Both the position numbers and the translations under genes were made by a program. From positions 1 to 60,460 of the IMG/VR virus record IMGVR_UViG_3300042923_000250: 60,460 nt of DNA, one strand, 5' to 3'. This DNA is from a virus. Taxonomy: Duplodnaviria; Caudoviricetes. The notes under the pieces were generated by a model that was given only the letters and a program-made list of their open reading frames with translations, made no database searches and was not told the origin of the DNA. Each line of letters starts with the position of its first letter. Position 1 is the first letter of the stretch. Shown here one piece after another: positions 17,741-27,831 of this stretch.

Positions 17741-18811
17741 CTAGTAACACTTAATAACAAAGGTTTCATCCATTCTTTCAAATGACGGAAGAACGATTTC
17801 GGAAACGGTTGTCTTAGTGTTTACGGGGTCAGTCGTGGTTGTTACTGTTACGGCTACGCCAGTGTCAACGATAGAAACATCTGCTTCGCCAGAACCCATA
17901 AGAGTTCTTTCCTCGGGAGTAGTGCCATACCATGTATTACCTAAAGGAGCACCACTTGGAACTAATGTAGCAAAACCATCAGCAAAGAACTTAGTGGTTG
18001 TTCCAGCTTCGTTCTTGTACTGCTTGGAATAAACAACAATACTAACACCCAGTAAAGTCTTGAATAAATTCTTAACGAGTTCATCCGTAACAAAGAGAGT
18101 GGCAGTTGTGTTCTGTGCTAAAAGAGCGGAGCGAACCTTCGCATTAGCAACCAGATAACTCATTGTCTGACGAGAAACAATCATGATGTCAGGTCTTGTG
18201 CCTGTCTTAGACTCAACCGAATCTTGCCCTGTTCTAACATCATCCAACGGGTCGGAGTTAACGGTATCACTCCATTTATCCGTAGATGTGGATAATGCTA
18301 AATAGTTGTTCGCTACATAAGTAGCGTTCGGGTCATAATTATAAGCGTATGTAACACCGTTTGCTTGGATGGAAATCTTAGGACTGCCATCAGCCGGAGT
18401 CAACAACTGCATAATCATTCTTTCAGGAACAACATTAGCTGCATCAATCAGAGTGTTGGCATCGTCATAGATGTGATTTAATACATCTGTTGCGTAAGGG
18501 TCGCTTGCTTCCTGTACTCTTGCAATATCGATTTCGTCTTGCTCTTTTACAAGCATGGACTCGCGGAAGAATGCCATTTCTGTGTTGTCGATTGTGAATC
18601 CTTCTCTTGATCGAATAGTTGACTTCGCATCAAAGTTAGAAGGAGCTAAGGAAACGGGAAGACCCTTAGATGTCTTAATCCATTTTAAATCTAAACCCTG
18701 TTTCTTTTTCGGTGTGAAAAAGCCAGAGCCGAGATATTTAATTTTATTGCTTGCTACCGTAGTTCTATTTATAGCGATTGCTCTCGCGCTAAAAATTTCT
18801 CTTATATTCAT
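17741..18811 (-). CDS. Major capsid protein (lambda gpE-like)
   Basis: 356 aa after scaffold and decoration genes; LGNTWYGTTPEE...VLPSFE. Confidence 0.9.
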   Translation of the reverse strand: MNIREIFSARAIAINRTTVASNKIKYLGSGFFTPKKKQGLDLKWIKTSKGLPVSLAPSNFDAKSTIRSREGFTIDNTEMAFFRESMLVKEQDEIDIARVQEASDPYATDVLNHIYDDANTLIDAANVVPERMIMQLLTPADGSPKISIQANGVTYAYNYDPNATYVANNYLALSTSTDKWSDTVNSDPLDDVRTGQDSVESKTGTRPDIMIVSRQTMSYLVANAKVRSALLAQNTTATLFVTDELVKNLFKTLLGVSIVVYSKQYKNEAGTTTKFFADGFATLVPSGAPLGNTWYGTTPEERTLMGSGEADVSIVDTGVAVTVTTTTDPVNTKTTVSEIVLPSFERMDETFVIKCY

Positions 18812-18839
18812 AAATTTCTACCTCCGTTTAGTTTATTGG

Positions 18840-19178
18840 TTATTCAAATGAGATCAATGGCAAAGCGGTCTTAACTGCCGCCGCAATTGTTAATCCGCTG
18901 TTGCTGTTGCAGTTAGCAAGGTTTACAATTCCGTGTGTTATAATGGTTCCGATTGGTCTTTCTTTGTAAACGTCAGAAAGTAAAATGCCAATTGGTGCGG
19001 TTGCGTTATCAACAACTCCGGCTGCGCTGATGGGTGAACCAGCTTTTACGATGTATTGACCGTCAGAATTGGCGACTACTGCTGTAAAATCCAAGGTAAT
19101 TTCTTTTGTCCAATCACCTTCGGTTTTTCTCTTAAAAATTTCCTTTTGCATTGTTACTACTTTTGAACTAAAATTCAT
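18840..19178 (-). CDS. Head decoration protein
   Basis: IVKAGSPI...GILLSDV pattern; precedes capsid gene. Confidence 0.75.
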   Translation of the reverse strand: MNFSSKVVTMQKEIFKRKTEGDWTKEITLDFTAVVANSDGQYIVKAGSPISAAGVVDNATAPIGILLSDVYKERPIGTIITHGIVNLANCNSNSGLTIAAAVKTALPLISFE

Positions 19179-19191
19179 AATTAAATACCTC

Positions 19192-19788
19192 CTATAGATA
19201 ATTTGCTAAAACATCATTGGTTGCTTTTTGGTTGTCAACACTGGCTTTTGCGATTCCTTCAGCGATTTTCTCGGCTTCGGTTTTTTCTTTATCTCCACCA
19301 TTGCCTTTTCCGCCGCCAGGAGTAGGGGAGCCGTCAAGCAGTGACTCTTTGGTTTTTTGAATTGCGGTATCTTTCTGCTTAGTGATTGTAGTCACTAAAC
19401 TATTTGCTAACTTCGTGGACAGCTCTGCGTTATCGCTGACGATATCTCCAATAAAATCCTTATAATCTTCCTCTGTAAGTCCGGCAGCTACGAAGATTTT
19501 TTCTATTGAAAGTTGATTGGTTTTCTTGGAAAAATCCTTTTGTAACTGAGTGGCTTTTTGAAGTTCGGCTTGAAGCTTTTCTTCTGCGGTAAGATTTTTA
19601 TTTTTTTCGGTTTCGAGTTCCTTTTCGATTTCTTTCAAGCGATCAAGTTCTGCTTTTTGTGCGTCTGTCTTAACTTTTTCTTTTTGAACTTCACCATTCA
19701 CGGAATTAAGATAGTTTGTTATTTGTTCCTCGGTCGGTGTTTCAATTCCAAATGTAATTAAAAGTTGTTTTGCTTCTGCTCGTGACAT
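19192..19788 (-). CDS. Capsid scaffolding protein
   Basis: Coiled coil; LTAEEK; PTPGGG near the C-terminus. Confidence 0.8.
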   Translation of the reverse strand: MSRAEAKQLLITFGIETPTEEQITNYLNSVNGEVQKEKVKTDAQKAELDRLKEIEKELETEKNKNLTAEEKLQAELQKATQLQKDFSKKTNQLSIEKIFVAAGLTEEDYKDFIGDIVSDNAELSTKLANSLVTTITKQKDTAIQKTKESLLDGSPTPGGGKGNGGDKEKTEAEKIAEGIAKASVDNQKATNDVLANYL

Positions 19789-19889
19789 AAATTCATTCCT
19801 TTCTTGCCCTCACTTTTTAACGTTGGTCGTTCAACATCGGCTTAACTATTTCACGGATAGTTCCATTTTTAAGTAATAAAAAATAGCGG

Positions 19890-20096
19890 TCAGTTAAAGC
19901 ATTTTCCGCTACTTGATTGTCTTTCTTTAATTTTTCGTAACCGTGATGTGTATTTGATTTCCTTTGTGAAATAGGATAGGAGATTAATTCCTCCGCAACA
20001 CGGGCAAATTATTTCGGTGTCACCTTTAGTTTTGCCTAATAATTTTCCACATTTCTGACAGTGAAAATCATAAAACTCATTCAAGGTTATCACCAA
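19890..20096 (-). CDS. Com-like zinc-finger protein
   Basis: HCQKCGKLLG...EIICPCCGGIN. Confidence 0.65.
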   Translation of the reverse strand: MVITLNEFYDFHCQKCGKLLGKTKGDTEIICPCCGGINLLSYFTKEIKYTSRLRKIKERQSSSGKCFN

Positions 20097-21528
20097 CCTT
20101 TGGCGGAACGGTAGCTTTAATCTGCTTGTCCATTTCCGCTTTTGTTAAATATTTTACATCCAAATAATCTTTAGATTGTAAATAAACCTTCTCGGGGTCT
20201 GGATACAATCCGCAAGTCTCAATTGCAATCTTTGGATGAATACCTGCTGTCAACTGGTTTGTGAGTCCTTGCGTTTTCACAATCATGTTGTCAGTTTTGT
20301 TTCTGGTTATTTTTATGTCGATGTCGCTTAATTTTAATTGAATTCCAGTTTTGGATTGTTTCGTGTTTACGATATGCAAAATCAATTTAAGAAAATCTTT
20401 TTCTGACCGTGCAATAACTGGTTCGTCAAGTTTGGCTCTTTGCTCTGCGAAATCCCAACCATTACGAAGATATACGGCTTGTCCAGTATCACCACCTGTG
20501 TTTTGCTCTCGATTGGGCATACCATTGATGATTAGCATATTTTTGTATAAATCATCTTTTGAAATCTGTGATTGTTCTTGATTAAGCTCTTTTGCTACCA
20601 AATCAACATCCGATTGAACCCCGGGTTGACCACCTTTTATCAAGAAAGCCCCAAGTTCTGCCATCGTTTTAAATTCTTTTTCGTCAATCTCACAATTTAC
20701 AAATTTCATAAATGCTTGGATGAATTGTTCAATTCCATTCATTCTATTTGACTGCATGTTATTAATTGCATCAAGCATTGTAATAACGATTTCAGTGTCG
20801 CTTATTCGTCTAGAGTTATTGGGATACTCTGTGAGTGGAATATAGCCAAGAGCATGTGATTGACCGTCAACTATTTTACTATTTTGTATTTCGAAATATC
20901 TATTTTTGGTATAGATGCAATATTTATTTTTATTGTCTTCATCCTTGATTTGTTGAACAGAGAATAATTTTGGCTTGCCTTTTTCAGTCGAATAAACCAC
21001 AAAACAACATCTAGGGTCGGGAATCTCAAAGTCAAAAGGAGGTTCACCGTCGTCTATGGTTGCGTTTGCATCATTCCATGTGAAGCGATAGGCGGTTCCG
21101 ACTGCGCTTTGCCATTCACCTATCTGTACATCGTGAAAAGCCTTGTCACGAAACAGCATATATTTATTGAGCTTATCAATCATATCCGAGATCGCTTTAT
21201 CTTTCTCACGGCTCACATATTGGATTGGTTCGCCAAAATTCTGAGAAGCCATAAATCTTACAATTTCAAGTGCGTGATTTTCAACTATCCGGTTGTTAAT
21301 CTCTGGTCTAATCCGTTTTTCCTTATAAAGGATTGGTTGATCGCCACGATAATACCGGTCAAGGTAATCAATCTCTTCGCGGTTCTGCCAATGGATAGAC
21401 AATGCCTTACCAAGCTCCAGCACGACATTTGTTTCTGTAATTTCTTTGGCTGAACTATATATAATTTTTCTTCCAAAACTCCCTTGACATATGTCGATAA
21501 AGGATTTTCGATTTTTTGTATATAACAT
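20077..21528 (-). CDS. Portal protein (SPP1 gp6-like)
   Basis: LDRYYRGDQ, INNRIVENHA, IPLTEYPNN, TGQAVYLRNGW. Confidence 0.92.
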   Translation of the reverse strand: MLYTKNRKSFIDICQGSFGRKIIYSSAKEITETNVVLELGKALSIHWQNREEIDYLDRYYRGDQPILYKEKRIRPEINNRIVENHALEIVRFMASQNFGEPIQYVSREKDKAISDMIDKLNKYMLFRDKAFHDVQIGEWQSAVGTAYRFTWNDANATIDDGEPPFDFEIPDPRCCFVVYSTEKGKPKLFSVQQIKDEDNKNKYCIYTKNRYFEIQNSKIVDGQSHALGYIPLTEYPNNSRRISDTEIVITMLDAINNMQSNRMNGIEQFIQAFMKFVNCEIDEKEFKTMAELGAFLIKGGQPGVQSDVDLVAKELNQEQSQISKDDLYKNMLIINGMPNREQNTGGDTGQAVYLRNGWDFAEQRAKLDEPVIARSEKDFLKLILHIVNTKQSKTGIQLKLSDIDIKITRNKTDNMIVKTQGLTNQLTAGIHPKIAIETCGLYPDPEKVYLQSKDYLDVKYLTKAEMDKQIKATVPPKVGDNLE

Positions 21529-21679
21529 ATAATCACCTATCTTTCACAACAAAATGACCGCCATACCGAAAGGGGGAGGAACGGTAGGCGGTCGTTTATG
21601 AAAAGGAGAATAAGAATGAGGGGCAAATTAGTGGGATATCTATATTTGGATATAGTTTCTCCGTCTTTATTATAACACG

Positions 21680-22141
21680 TCAGTTTATGATATTTATGCG
21701 ACTTTCATTATATATCTTCAAATAGTCGGTTATTTTCTTGGATACATTACTTTGGTCGATGTTTAACTTTATTGCAACTTCCACTTGGTTCATTCCCTTG
21801 ATATAGACGTATGTAAATATTAACTTCTCAAATGCTTTTTCTTTCGGCATATCAGTAATGAAGGTTTCAATTTCTAATTTCATTTCTTCGTATTCCCGTA
21901 GTTGGTTAACTAATTTTTCGTAGAGGGAGCGAAGTTTTTTACCCCACGCATCCGCCTTGCTTCCGTTATATCCCGACACTTTAAAACTTCTTGGAGTGTA
22001 AGGAAATGAACTTGAGGAACCAAAAACTTTTCCATATTGCACCGAAGGAGGGCGTTCCTCGGTGCGCTTTATTGCGTCCTTAGTTTCTTTTATACAGTCT
22101 TCTAAGTGTTTATAACTTGCTAATTGTTCCTTTGTTATCAT
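21680..22141 (-). CDS. Late transcriptional activator (RinA/ArpU or sigma region 4-like)
   Basis: C-terminal HTH YIKGMNQVEVAIKLNIDQSNVSKKI. Confidence 0.7.
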   Translation of the reverse strand: MITKEQLASYKHLEDCIKETKDAIKRTEERPPSVQYGKVFGSSSSFPYTPRSFKVSGYNGSKADAWGKKLRSLYEKLVNQLREYEEMKLEIETFITDMPKEKAFEKLIFTYVYIKGMNQVEVAIKLNIDQSNVSKKITDYLKIYNESRINIIN

Positions 22142-22152
22142 TCTTATCCCTC

Positions 22153-23808
22153 CTATATTCCTAATTTACTACGGTCAAAAACAGTTACTTTTGCGGTTGG
22201 TGAATTCGTCACATATAATGCTAGTTGAGCGAATCCATCTGGAACATCATCCGTTAGATTTTTACCCTTCACGGAATATCCCAATAAAAATCCCATCATC
22301 TTACCGTACTGGCTTTTTGAAGTATACATAGATTTGTCTTTAAATAATACATGCTTCTTGACCCAATCGGCATTAACAATGATTTTAGTCTCCTTGTTCG
22401 AAGTAGTGGTTTTTGAAGTAATGTTGCATCTTCCATGCTTCTTCTCTACAAGTGCATTAACATTATAAGCTACTCGACTACCGCCATTGTTTGATTCGAA
22501 TTGGCATTGTTGCATTTTGTGATTAACAATAATATTTGCACAGTTTTCTTCTTGAATACCGAAATTTGGATTATCGTCACATACACAGTCTGGGCAGTAG
22601 AAATCTTCTCCGTATTGGTATATGGCTGGTAAGAACATATAGTCGCTGCCTTCATTTTTGGTATCACATATACCAATAATCGCATCAGGTTCATGGAGAG
22701 GTAATTCAAGATAACGACGTAATTCTTCATCCGTATAAAGTAATCCCTCACGTTCGATAGGTTCATTTTTATATAAACATCTATATGAAATATCGTCCAT
22801 TGAAAGAGCCTGGTCATTGAAGAATTCAACGGAAAAACCATTGTATTCATAATCAAAATTAGATTTTCCCGTAACAGGGTCAATATCCGGGATTGAAATA
22901 AATCTAACTCTGTTGCTTCCCTCGTACAAATTTTGTATTCTTCCGATTATGTCATGAACAGACCATCTTGTTGCAATGTGAAGCTCCTTGCATCCGTCCA
23001 TTTTTCTTTGTTTGCCGTCAACGCTATAAATTGACCAGAGTTTATCTAGTCTGTTTTTGTTCAAGGCCTCTTCGATACCACCGATTAAGTCATCACAATA
23101 CAAATATCTATTACACCGAACTTTACCAGCGTTCTTCGCACCCACGGAACTGCATTGGATATTGGCAAACGGCTTATATTTTCCAAAATTAATAGTCTCT
23201 GTTTTGGCATTGGTATCCTGCAATTTAATCCCCGGGAATATATCGCCCCATTTATACTCAATAGAATCGGTTGTTATAGATAATATACCATCGTAGAACA
23301 TTCTGGTAATATCTCCACTATGGGAATAAAATAGGCTATAATCATCCGGGTGCCTACCTATAACCCATGAAGCAAAGAATTTCTCAAGAGTTGTTTTTTG
23401 CGTTCCCGGAGGCATTGATATGCTCCCGATGTCAAGCTTATCATCTTCCAAGTCTTGCAATGTTTGAATTAACCCATGGTGAATTAATTGCCTACGTTTC
23501 GGAAGATAAAATCTATCTTTATATTCGCGGTCTTTCTCCAAATATAATAAATAGGAGTCGAATAGGTGCGGTGCCTCGAACAACAAACATTTATTATATA
23601 ACTCAAAAAATCTCGTATCGGTAGTGGAGAGTTCGGCGGCTTTGGATTTAATTAGTTTACATAACTGCAGTGATTTCTTAATATCCTTGCTTACTTCATA
23701 TCTTGACAAACACATTTCAAATAACCCATTGAGATTTTTATAATCGTTTAGGTTTGATAGTTTTAATCTTGCTATATTTTTTTTAATTTGGTCTAAATCT
23801 GATAACAT
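22153..23808 (-). CDS. terL: Terminase large subunit
   Basis: SMPPGTQKT Walker A, YCDD Walker B, ATRW, FESNNGG and DDVPDG nuclease motifs. Confidence 0.92.
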   Translation of the reverse strand: MLSDLDQIKKNIARLKLSNLNDYKNLNGLFEMCLSRYEVSKDIKKSLQLCKLIKSKAAELSTTDTRFFELYNKCLLFEAPHLFDSYLLYLEKDREYKDRFYLPKRRQLIHHGLIQTLQDLEDDKLDIGSISMPPGTQKTTLEKFFASWVIGRHPDDYSLFYSHSGDITRMFYDGILSITTDSIEYKWGDIFPGIKLQDTNAKTETINFGKYKPFANIQCSSVGAKNAGKVRCNRYLYCDDLIGGIEEALNKNRLDKLWSIYSVDGKQRKMDGCKELHIATRWSVHDIIGRIQNLYEGSNRVRFISIPDIDPVTGKSNFDYEYNGFSVEFFNDQALSMDDISYRCLYKNEPIEREGLLYTDEELRRYLELPLHEPDAIIGICDTKNEGSDYMFLPAIYQYGEDFYCPDCVCDDNPNFGIQEENCANIIVNHKMQQCQFESNNGGSRVAYNVNALVEKKHGRCNITSKTTTSNKETKIIVNADWVKKHVLFKDKSMYTSKSQYGKMMGFLLGYSVKGKNLTDDVPDGFAQLALYVTNSPTAKVTVFDRSKLGI

Positions 23809-23842
23809 AAGTTCAACTCACATTCTTTATGTCGTATCAACA

Positions 23843-24193
23843 TTAACAATTGGGGTTAAGCGAAAATCCTATTGATATTTCGTTTAGATTTAAATTTTTA
23901 TCATCAATAAAATAGTCAGCTCCGATTTTTCGGGGATCATTATTATATTTAATGATTTCATCCGGCAAATTCTCGTTGACAGCATCAAAGAACAATCCTC
24001 GGTCATTGCACCACTTGACGGCTTTTTCTGTCTGCTCACCGGTTCTGCATGTCCACAATATCAGTTTGTGACCTTCTTCACGCTTTCGAATACAAAAATC
24101 AATCACTGGCTGGATGGGTTCGCCTATCTCGGGCCATTTGTTTTCTGCCAAAGTACCATCAAAATCCACAGCATATATTTTATAATCATTCAT
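23843..24193 (-). CDS. HAD-superfamily hydrolase
   Basis: AVDFDGT, LWTCR, ADYFIDDK. Confidence 0.85.
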   Translation of the reverse strand: MNDYKIYAVDFDGTLAENKWPEIGEPIQPVIDFCIRKREEGHKLILWTCRTGEQTEKAVKWCNDRGLFFDAVNENLPDEIIKYNNDPRKIGADYFIDDKNLNLNEISIGFSLNPNC

Positions 24194-24668
24194 GTAAAGC
24201 CTCCTTAAATGGTAAATCAATCAATTCAGGATGGTTCTCATGCATCCAAATTGCTCCAAGTATATTCCAAATGAAGGCTCTGGAATGGGGTTCATCTGTA
24301 TCACCACGCAAATATTTAAAAAAGTGTCTTAGTGCGCTGTCAATGAAGCAGTGAACTGGCATACCCTTTTCCCAATTACGATCAGAATATTTTTTCGCAC
24401 CCTCTTCGTACTGCTTTGATACTTCAAGAATTGCAGTGATTATATCTGGAAATTCATCAGCCATAAGCACAAATGACTCTAAAGTATCAAAAAGACAGTC
24501 TATTGTTCCGGTATGTATATAATCATTAATATGAATAATTTCTGGCCTTTCAATAAATTTGTATATTACATCAAGGGGAAGTAAATCACATCTGCCTTTA
24601 CCCTCTGCAATATCCCTTACTGCTCCACTTTCAAATTCTCTGCGTGAACCACTATCTAAAATTGCCAT
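24186..24668 (-). CDS. dATP/dGTP diphosphohydrolase-domain (DUF5664-like) protein
   Basis: FESGAVRD..EGKGRCDLLP, GAKKYSDRNWEKG, SALRH, DEPH. Confidence 0.8.
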   Translation of the reverse strand: MAILDSGSRREFESGAVRDIAEGKGRCDLLPLDVIYKFIERPEIIHINDYIHTGTIDCLFDTLESFVLMADEFPDIITAILEVSKQYEEGAKKYSDRNWEKGMPVHCFIDSALRHFFKYLRGDTDEPHSRAFIWNILGAIWMHENHPELIDLPFKEALHE

Positions 24669-24681
24669 AATCAAATCCTCC

Positions 24682-25980
24682 TTAAATCGCCGTATACCAA
24701 GTTTCTCTTAAACCGGTTACCTCATTTCTAATATCACAAACCATTGCCCTCATGGATGAACCATATAATTGTTGGTGTTCCCATGATGATGAGCTGCAGA
24801 TTGTCGGGAAGTATCTCACCCTTGCTCCATTAATAGTTTTAACTTCCTGGTCGTGAAAGTGTCCAAGATTTACTTCTATGTACTTTGCAAATGAGATTTC
24901 TTTTCTCGCAAAATTCATAGGCATTTCAGCAATGTTCTTTTTTGGAGCATCGCCGTGATGGTATAATACAAGTGTTACGCCAAAGCGTCTGTATTTGACT
25001 GGATTAGGCTTAATATCAAACGTAACGTTGTTATCATTGCGGAATGCATTAGAAACGCTCCTTGCAAGCATATAACCACAAACACGATCGTGATTTCCTT
25101 CGGTATATATGTATTCCACTGGTGCTATTTTGCCGAGTAAAGTGATGCCGTCAATAAGAATGTCCTCTGCGCATTGCGTGATTTTTGCCATTCTTCCATC
25201 GACTTGCTGAACCGTACCCTTTGTGGTAGTGTTTGAATCGTTATCTACGTGAAGGATATCACCAAGCGAGGTTAGTATAACCCTTTTAAATTTTCTTCCT
25301 TGACAGCGATTTACAATATCATTTATACACATCAAAAAACGTTGTTTTACAATTTTTAAATCATAATCTTCGCCTGTTTCTTCTCTCCACGACATTAAAC
25401 CAACGTGCAAATCAGAAATTTTTATGTCTAATATTTCGCCGTCACTATCATACTGGATACATTCAATCGGCAGTTTATCCTTAGAATAATTCTTGGTTTC
25501 AAAATACCTATCTATATCCTCGAATGTTATATCTTGTTTTAACTTCGGGCGCACTGTAATCTTGGATTGGTACAAGAGCAGTTTTTTGCCCTGTTTAGCT
25601 TGAGTCTGCCAGAAGTTAGATTTATAAGTCACCACATCGAATTTATCACTATCAAGGTTGTGGGCCTCCATGATAATCTCAGGAGTAATCGGTTCGCCTT
25701 CCATGAGCTCGATAATCCCCTCGAAGGTTGCAGATCCGTCAGATTTATATTCAACTGATTTCGTATGAACGCAATCACTCTTGACGGTATCTTTTGGGGT
25801 TTTGACTTCAACGCCATTAATACGAAGCTTCCACTTTCTTAGTGCTCGACTGAACGTATCATAGGTGGAATTACTGATACCCCTATAATAATTATCATAA
25901 ATATCTTGTGCTGACTTGCCAGTGTTCGACATCTCAACACATTTTTGTTTGACTTGTTCGGGAATAGGTAATTTCTTCAA
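24682..25980 (-). CDS. Calcineurin-like metallophosphoesterase with N-terminal extension
   Basis: SDLHVG, LGDILH, GNHD, HHGD, GHFH. Confidence 0.85.
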   Translation of the reverse strand: MKKLPIPEQVKQKCVEMSNTGKSAQDIYDNYYRGISNSTYDTFSRALRKWKLRINGVEVKTPKDTVKSDCVHTKSVEYKSDGSATFEGIIELMEGEPITPEIIMEAHNLDSDKFDVVTYKSNFWQTQAKQGKKLLLYQSKITVRPKLKQDITFEDIDRYFETKNYSKDKLPIECIQYDSDGEILDIKISDLHVGLMSWREETGEDYDLKIVKQRFLMCINDIVNRCQGRKFKRVILTSLGDILHVDNDSNTTTKGTVQQVDGRMAKITQCAEDILIDGITLLGKIAPVEYIYTEGNHDRVCGYMLARSVSNAFRNDNNVTFDIKPNPVKYRRFGVTLVLYHHGDAPKKNIAEMPMNFARKEISFAKYIEVNLGHFHDQEVKTINGARVRYFPTICSSSSWEHQQLYGSSMRAMVCDIRNEVTGLRETWYTAI

Positions 25981-26043
25981 TAATTCACCATCTTTCTATG
26001 ATTTTTATCTGAGTTGCTGTCAATGAAAATGATTTTAATGTAA

Positions 26044-26107
26044 TGCGCCCGGGTGAATCGAACACCCATGAAATCCTGCAACAATTGTTCAGCAGCCAGA
26101 TAGCGCA
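26044..26107 (-). ncRNA. tRNA-like element lacking a D arm
   Basis: Acceptor TGCGCT/GGCGCA, T arm GGGTG-TTCGATT-CACCC, single middle hairpin. Confidence 0.55.
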
Positions 26108-26229
26108 ACGATACGCCTGTTTGACAGCATGATCCGTATCAACCCCATACCAACTATCCTATAATGCCGATAGCCCTGCTTGTCATACCGCTATGCAATC
26201 AAACAATGATTACTTACATAATGACAAAG

Positions 26230-26307
26230 TGGGAAGTGTTGGAATCGAACCAACTTCGATAAGTTTACCTAGGTGCTTATCTGCTATATCCAATCAGCTA
26301 ACCTCCC
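26230..26307 (-). tRNA. tRNA-like element with a 6-bp stem / 12-nt anticodon loop (identity undetermined)
   Basis: GGGAGGT/ACTTCCC acceptor, GCTG/TAGC D stem, GATAAG-CACCTAGGTAAA-CTTATC, GTTGG-TTCGATT-CCAAC. Confidence 0.7.
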
Positions 26308-26536
26308 AAACGTTATTTCCCATGATACGTTCATGCGAAACCATTTCATGCAAAGGCTAAACGATGCTTCATCTGTTTTTCGAGATTATCGAGAAGCAAT
26401 AACAATCCTCGTGCTAGTTTTGCTTAAGGTCAAAACTCTACACCCGTGAAACACCTAATTTATTCTTGGTATAAATCAAACCAACACTTTCTTTTCGGGA
26501 AAGGCCGAACAAAGAAGTATGAAGAAAATCGCCTCT

Positions 26537-26609
26537 TGGAATTAATAGGAGTCGAACCTATGACCTGACCCTTTTCAGTGCCTTGCTCTACCAACTGAGC
26601 TACAATTCC
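26537..26609 (-). tRNA. tRNA-Phe(GAA)-like with poorly paired anticodon stem
   Basis: GGAATTG TA GCTCAGTTGGTAGAGC A AGGCA CTGAAAA GGGTC AGGTC ATAGG TTCGACT CCTAT TAATTCC A. Confidence 0.75.
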
Positions 26610-26779
26610 ACTCTGCGTTGTTATCGGTATACGCTTACCCACCGCCTACTTAATACCTATGTTGGAAAAATAGGAAAACCCAGCACCTAAATGTCTTTTA
26701 AGGTAAAGAGTCGTTAGCACAAGAACCTTCGCTTATAGAGTTTTTGGTAAGAGTTCATAAGCTTTGAAGATTACTCTTA

Positions 26780-26850
26780 AGGGCGATGATGGAATCGAAC
26801 CATCATATACAGATTAACAGTCTGCTGTTCTGCCGTTGGACTAATCACCC
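26780..26850 (-). tRNA. tRNA-Asn(GTT), no encoded CCA
   Basis: Full cloverleaf; GCAGA-CTGTTAA-TCTGT anticodon arm; U73. Confidence 0.88.
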
Positions 26851-27831
26851 ATTATGGTTCTGGCAAAGGAGAGGGAAGCCAGAACCACCTATATGAAGGA
26901 AAAATTAATTTGTTTATTGTAGAGTAAAATCTTATTTACCAATCAGTAAACTAGTTTCCTCAACTGCAATTCTAAAAAATGCATTTCGATAATAGCCATC
27001 CTTCGTGCTATAGCTAGCATTAACGCGATCAACTCCATCTGACAGCATTTGTCGTACAGCTAAGTTATGAGCCTGCAATCTGCGTCCAAGAACTCGACCA
27101 GTACTTTGCTCTAGAAATTGTAAATATGAAAAATCAATTTTATCCACGGAAGATCCCTTCAAAAAAACGCTGTCAAGTAAATATCCCTTATATATCTACA
27201 CCACTACATCTAGTGGCTCAACCTCACAATTTATGTCTCTATATACAACATATCATACATTTCATAAATGTTCATTGGGTGATAAGGGATTTTGGGATAT
27301 TTATTTTAGAATGTATCTAGTTTGGGGTAGGATGCCGATAAAATAAGGGGTTGTGTAGGTTTATAGAATTAGATGGGTAGAAGAGATGAGAGGCTTTTTT
27401 GTATTTTTAGAAATTTTGATACTTCAAAGAGAGGGAGTCTTTTTGCTTTTTAGAATTTTTTTAAGATTGAATAGAAGAGGGGTCTTTTTTATTAAAAATT
27501 TGCTCGGAGGGTTGACGTGACCCACCCTGGGTCATTCTCCATAAACCCCTGCCCCCTTATTCCCAACGTAAAAAAGCATCCAAGGAGGTGCGATATATTT
27601 ATATAATAAATATCAATACAAATTAGAACTTCAATACATTAACGTGTAAACTCTTCGCGAAAGTCTAGGTTCTAGAATAGTTCTAATTGATACCATTAAC
27701 GCTACAACATGCATAAAATAAGGCTTTCCACCATATCGCCTATATGCATCACACATATTACGAATAGTTGAAAAGCCTAATGTATAAACTTTATTCATAT
27801 TATACATAGAATATACAGTAATTATGTATAA

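Noticed and set aside
24186-24668. Z-genome (2-aminoadenine) pathway
   Set aside because: No PurZ or phage DNA polymerase recognised anywhere in the genome
26230-26307. Amber suppressor tRNA / stop-codon recoding (CTA within the loop)
   Set aside because: Loop is 12 nt with no U33 before CTA; genes are intact in code 11 and TAG is used as a normal stop
26110-26780. Theta (HDV-like) ribozymes at tRNA 3' ends, or a GOLLD/ROOL RNA
   Set aside because: Could not build the nested double pseudoknot or recognise those motifs by eye; needs a covariance-model search
26932-27320. ORFs 26932-27162 and 27126-27320
   Set aside because: No convincing RBS or motif; left uncalled
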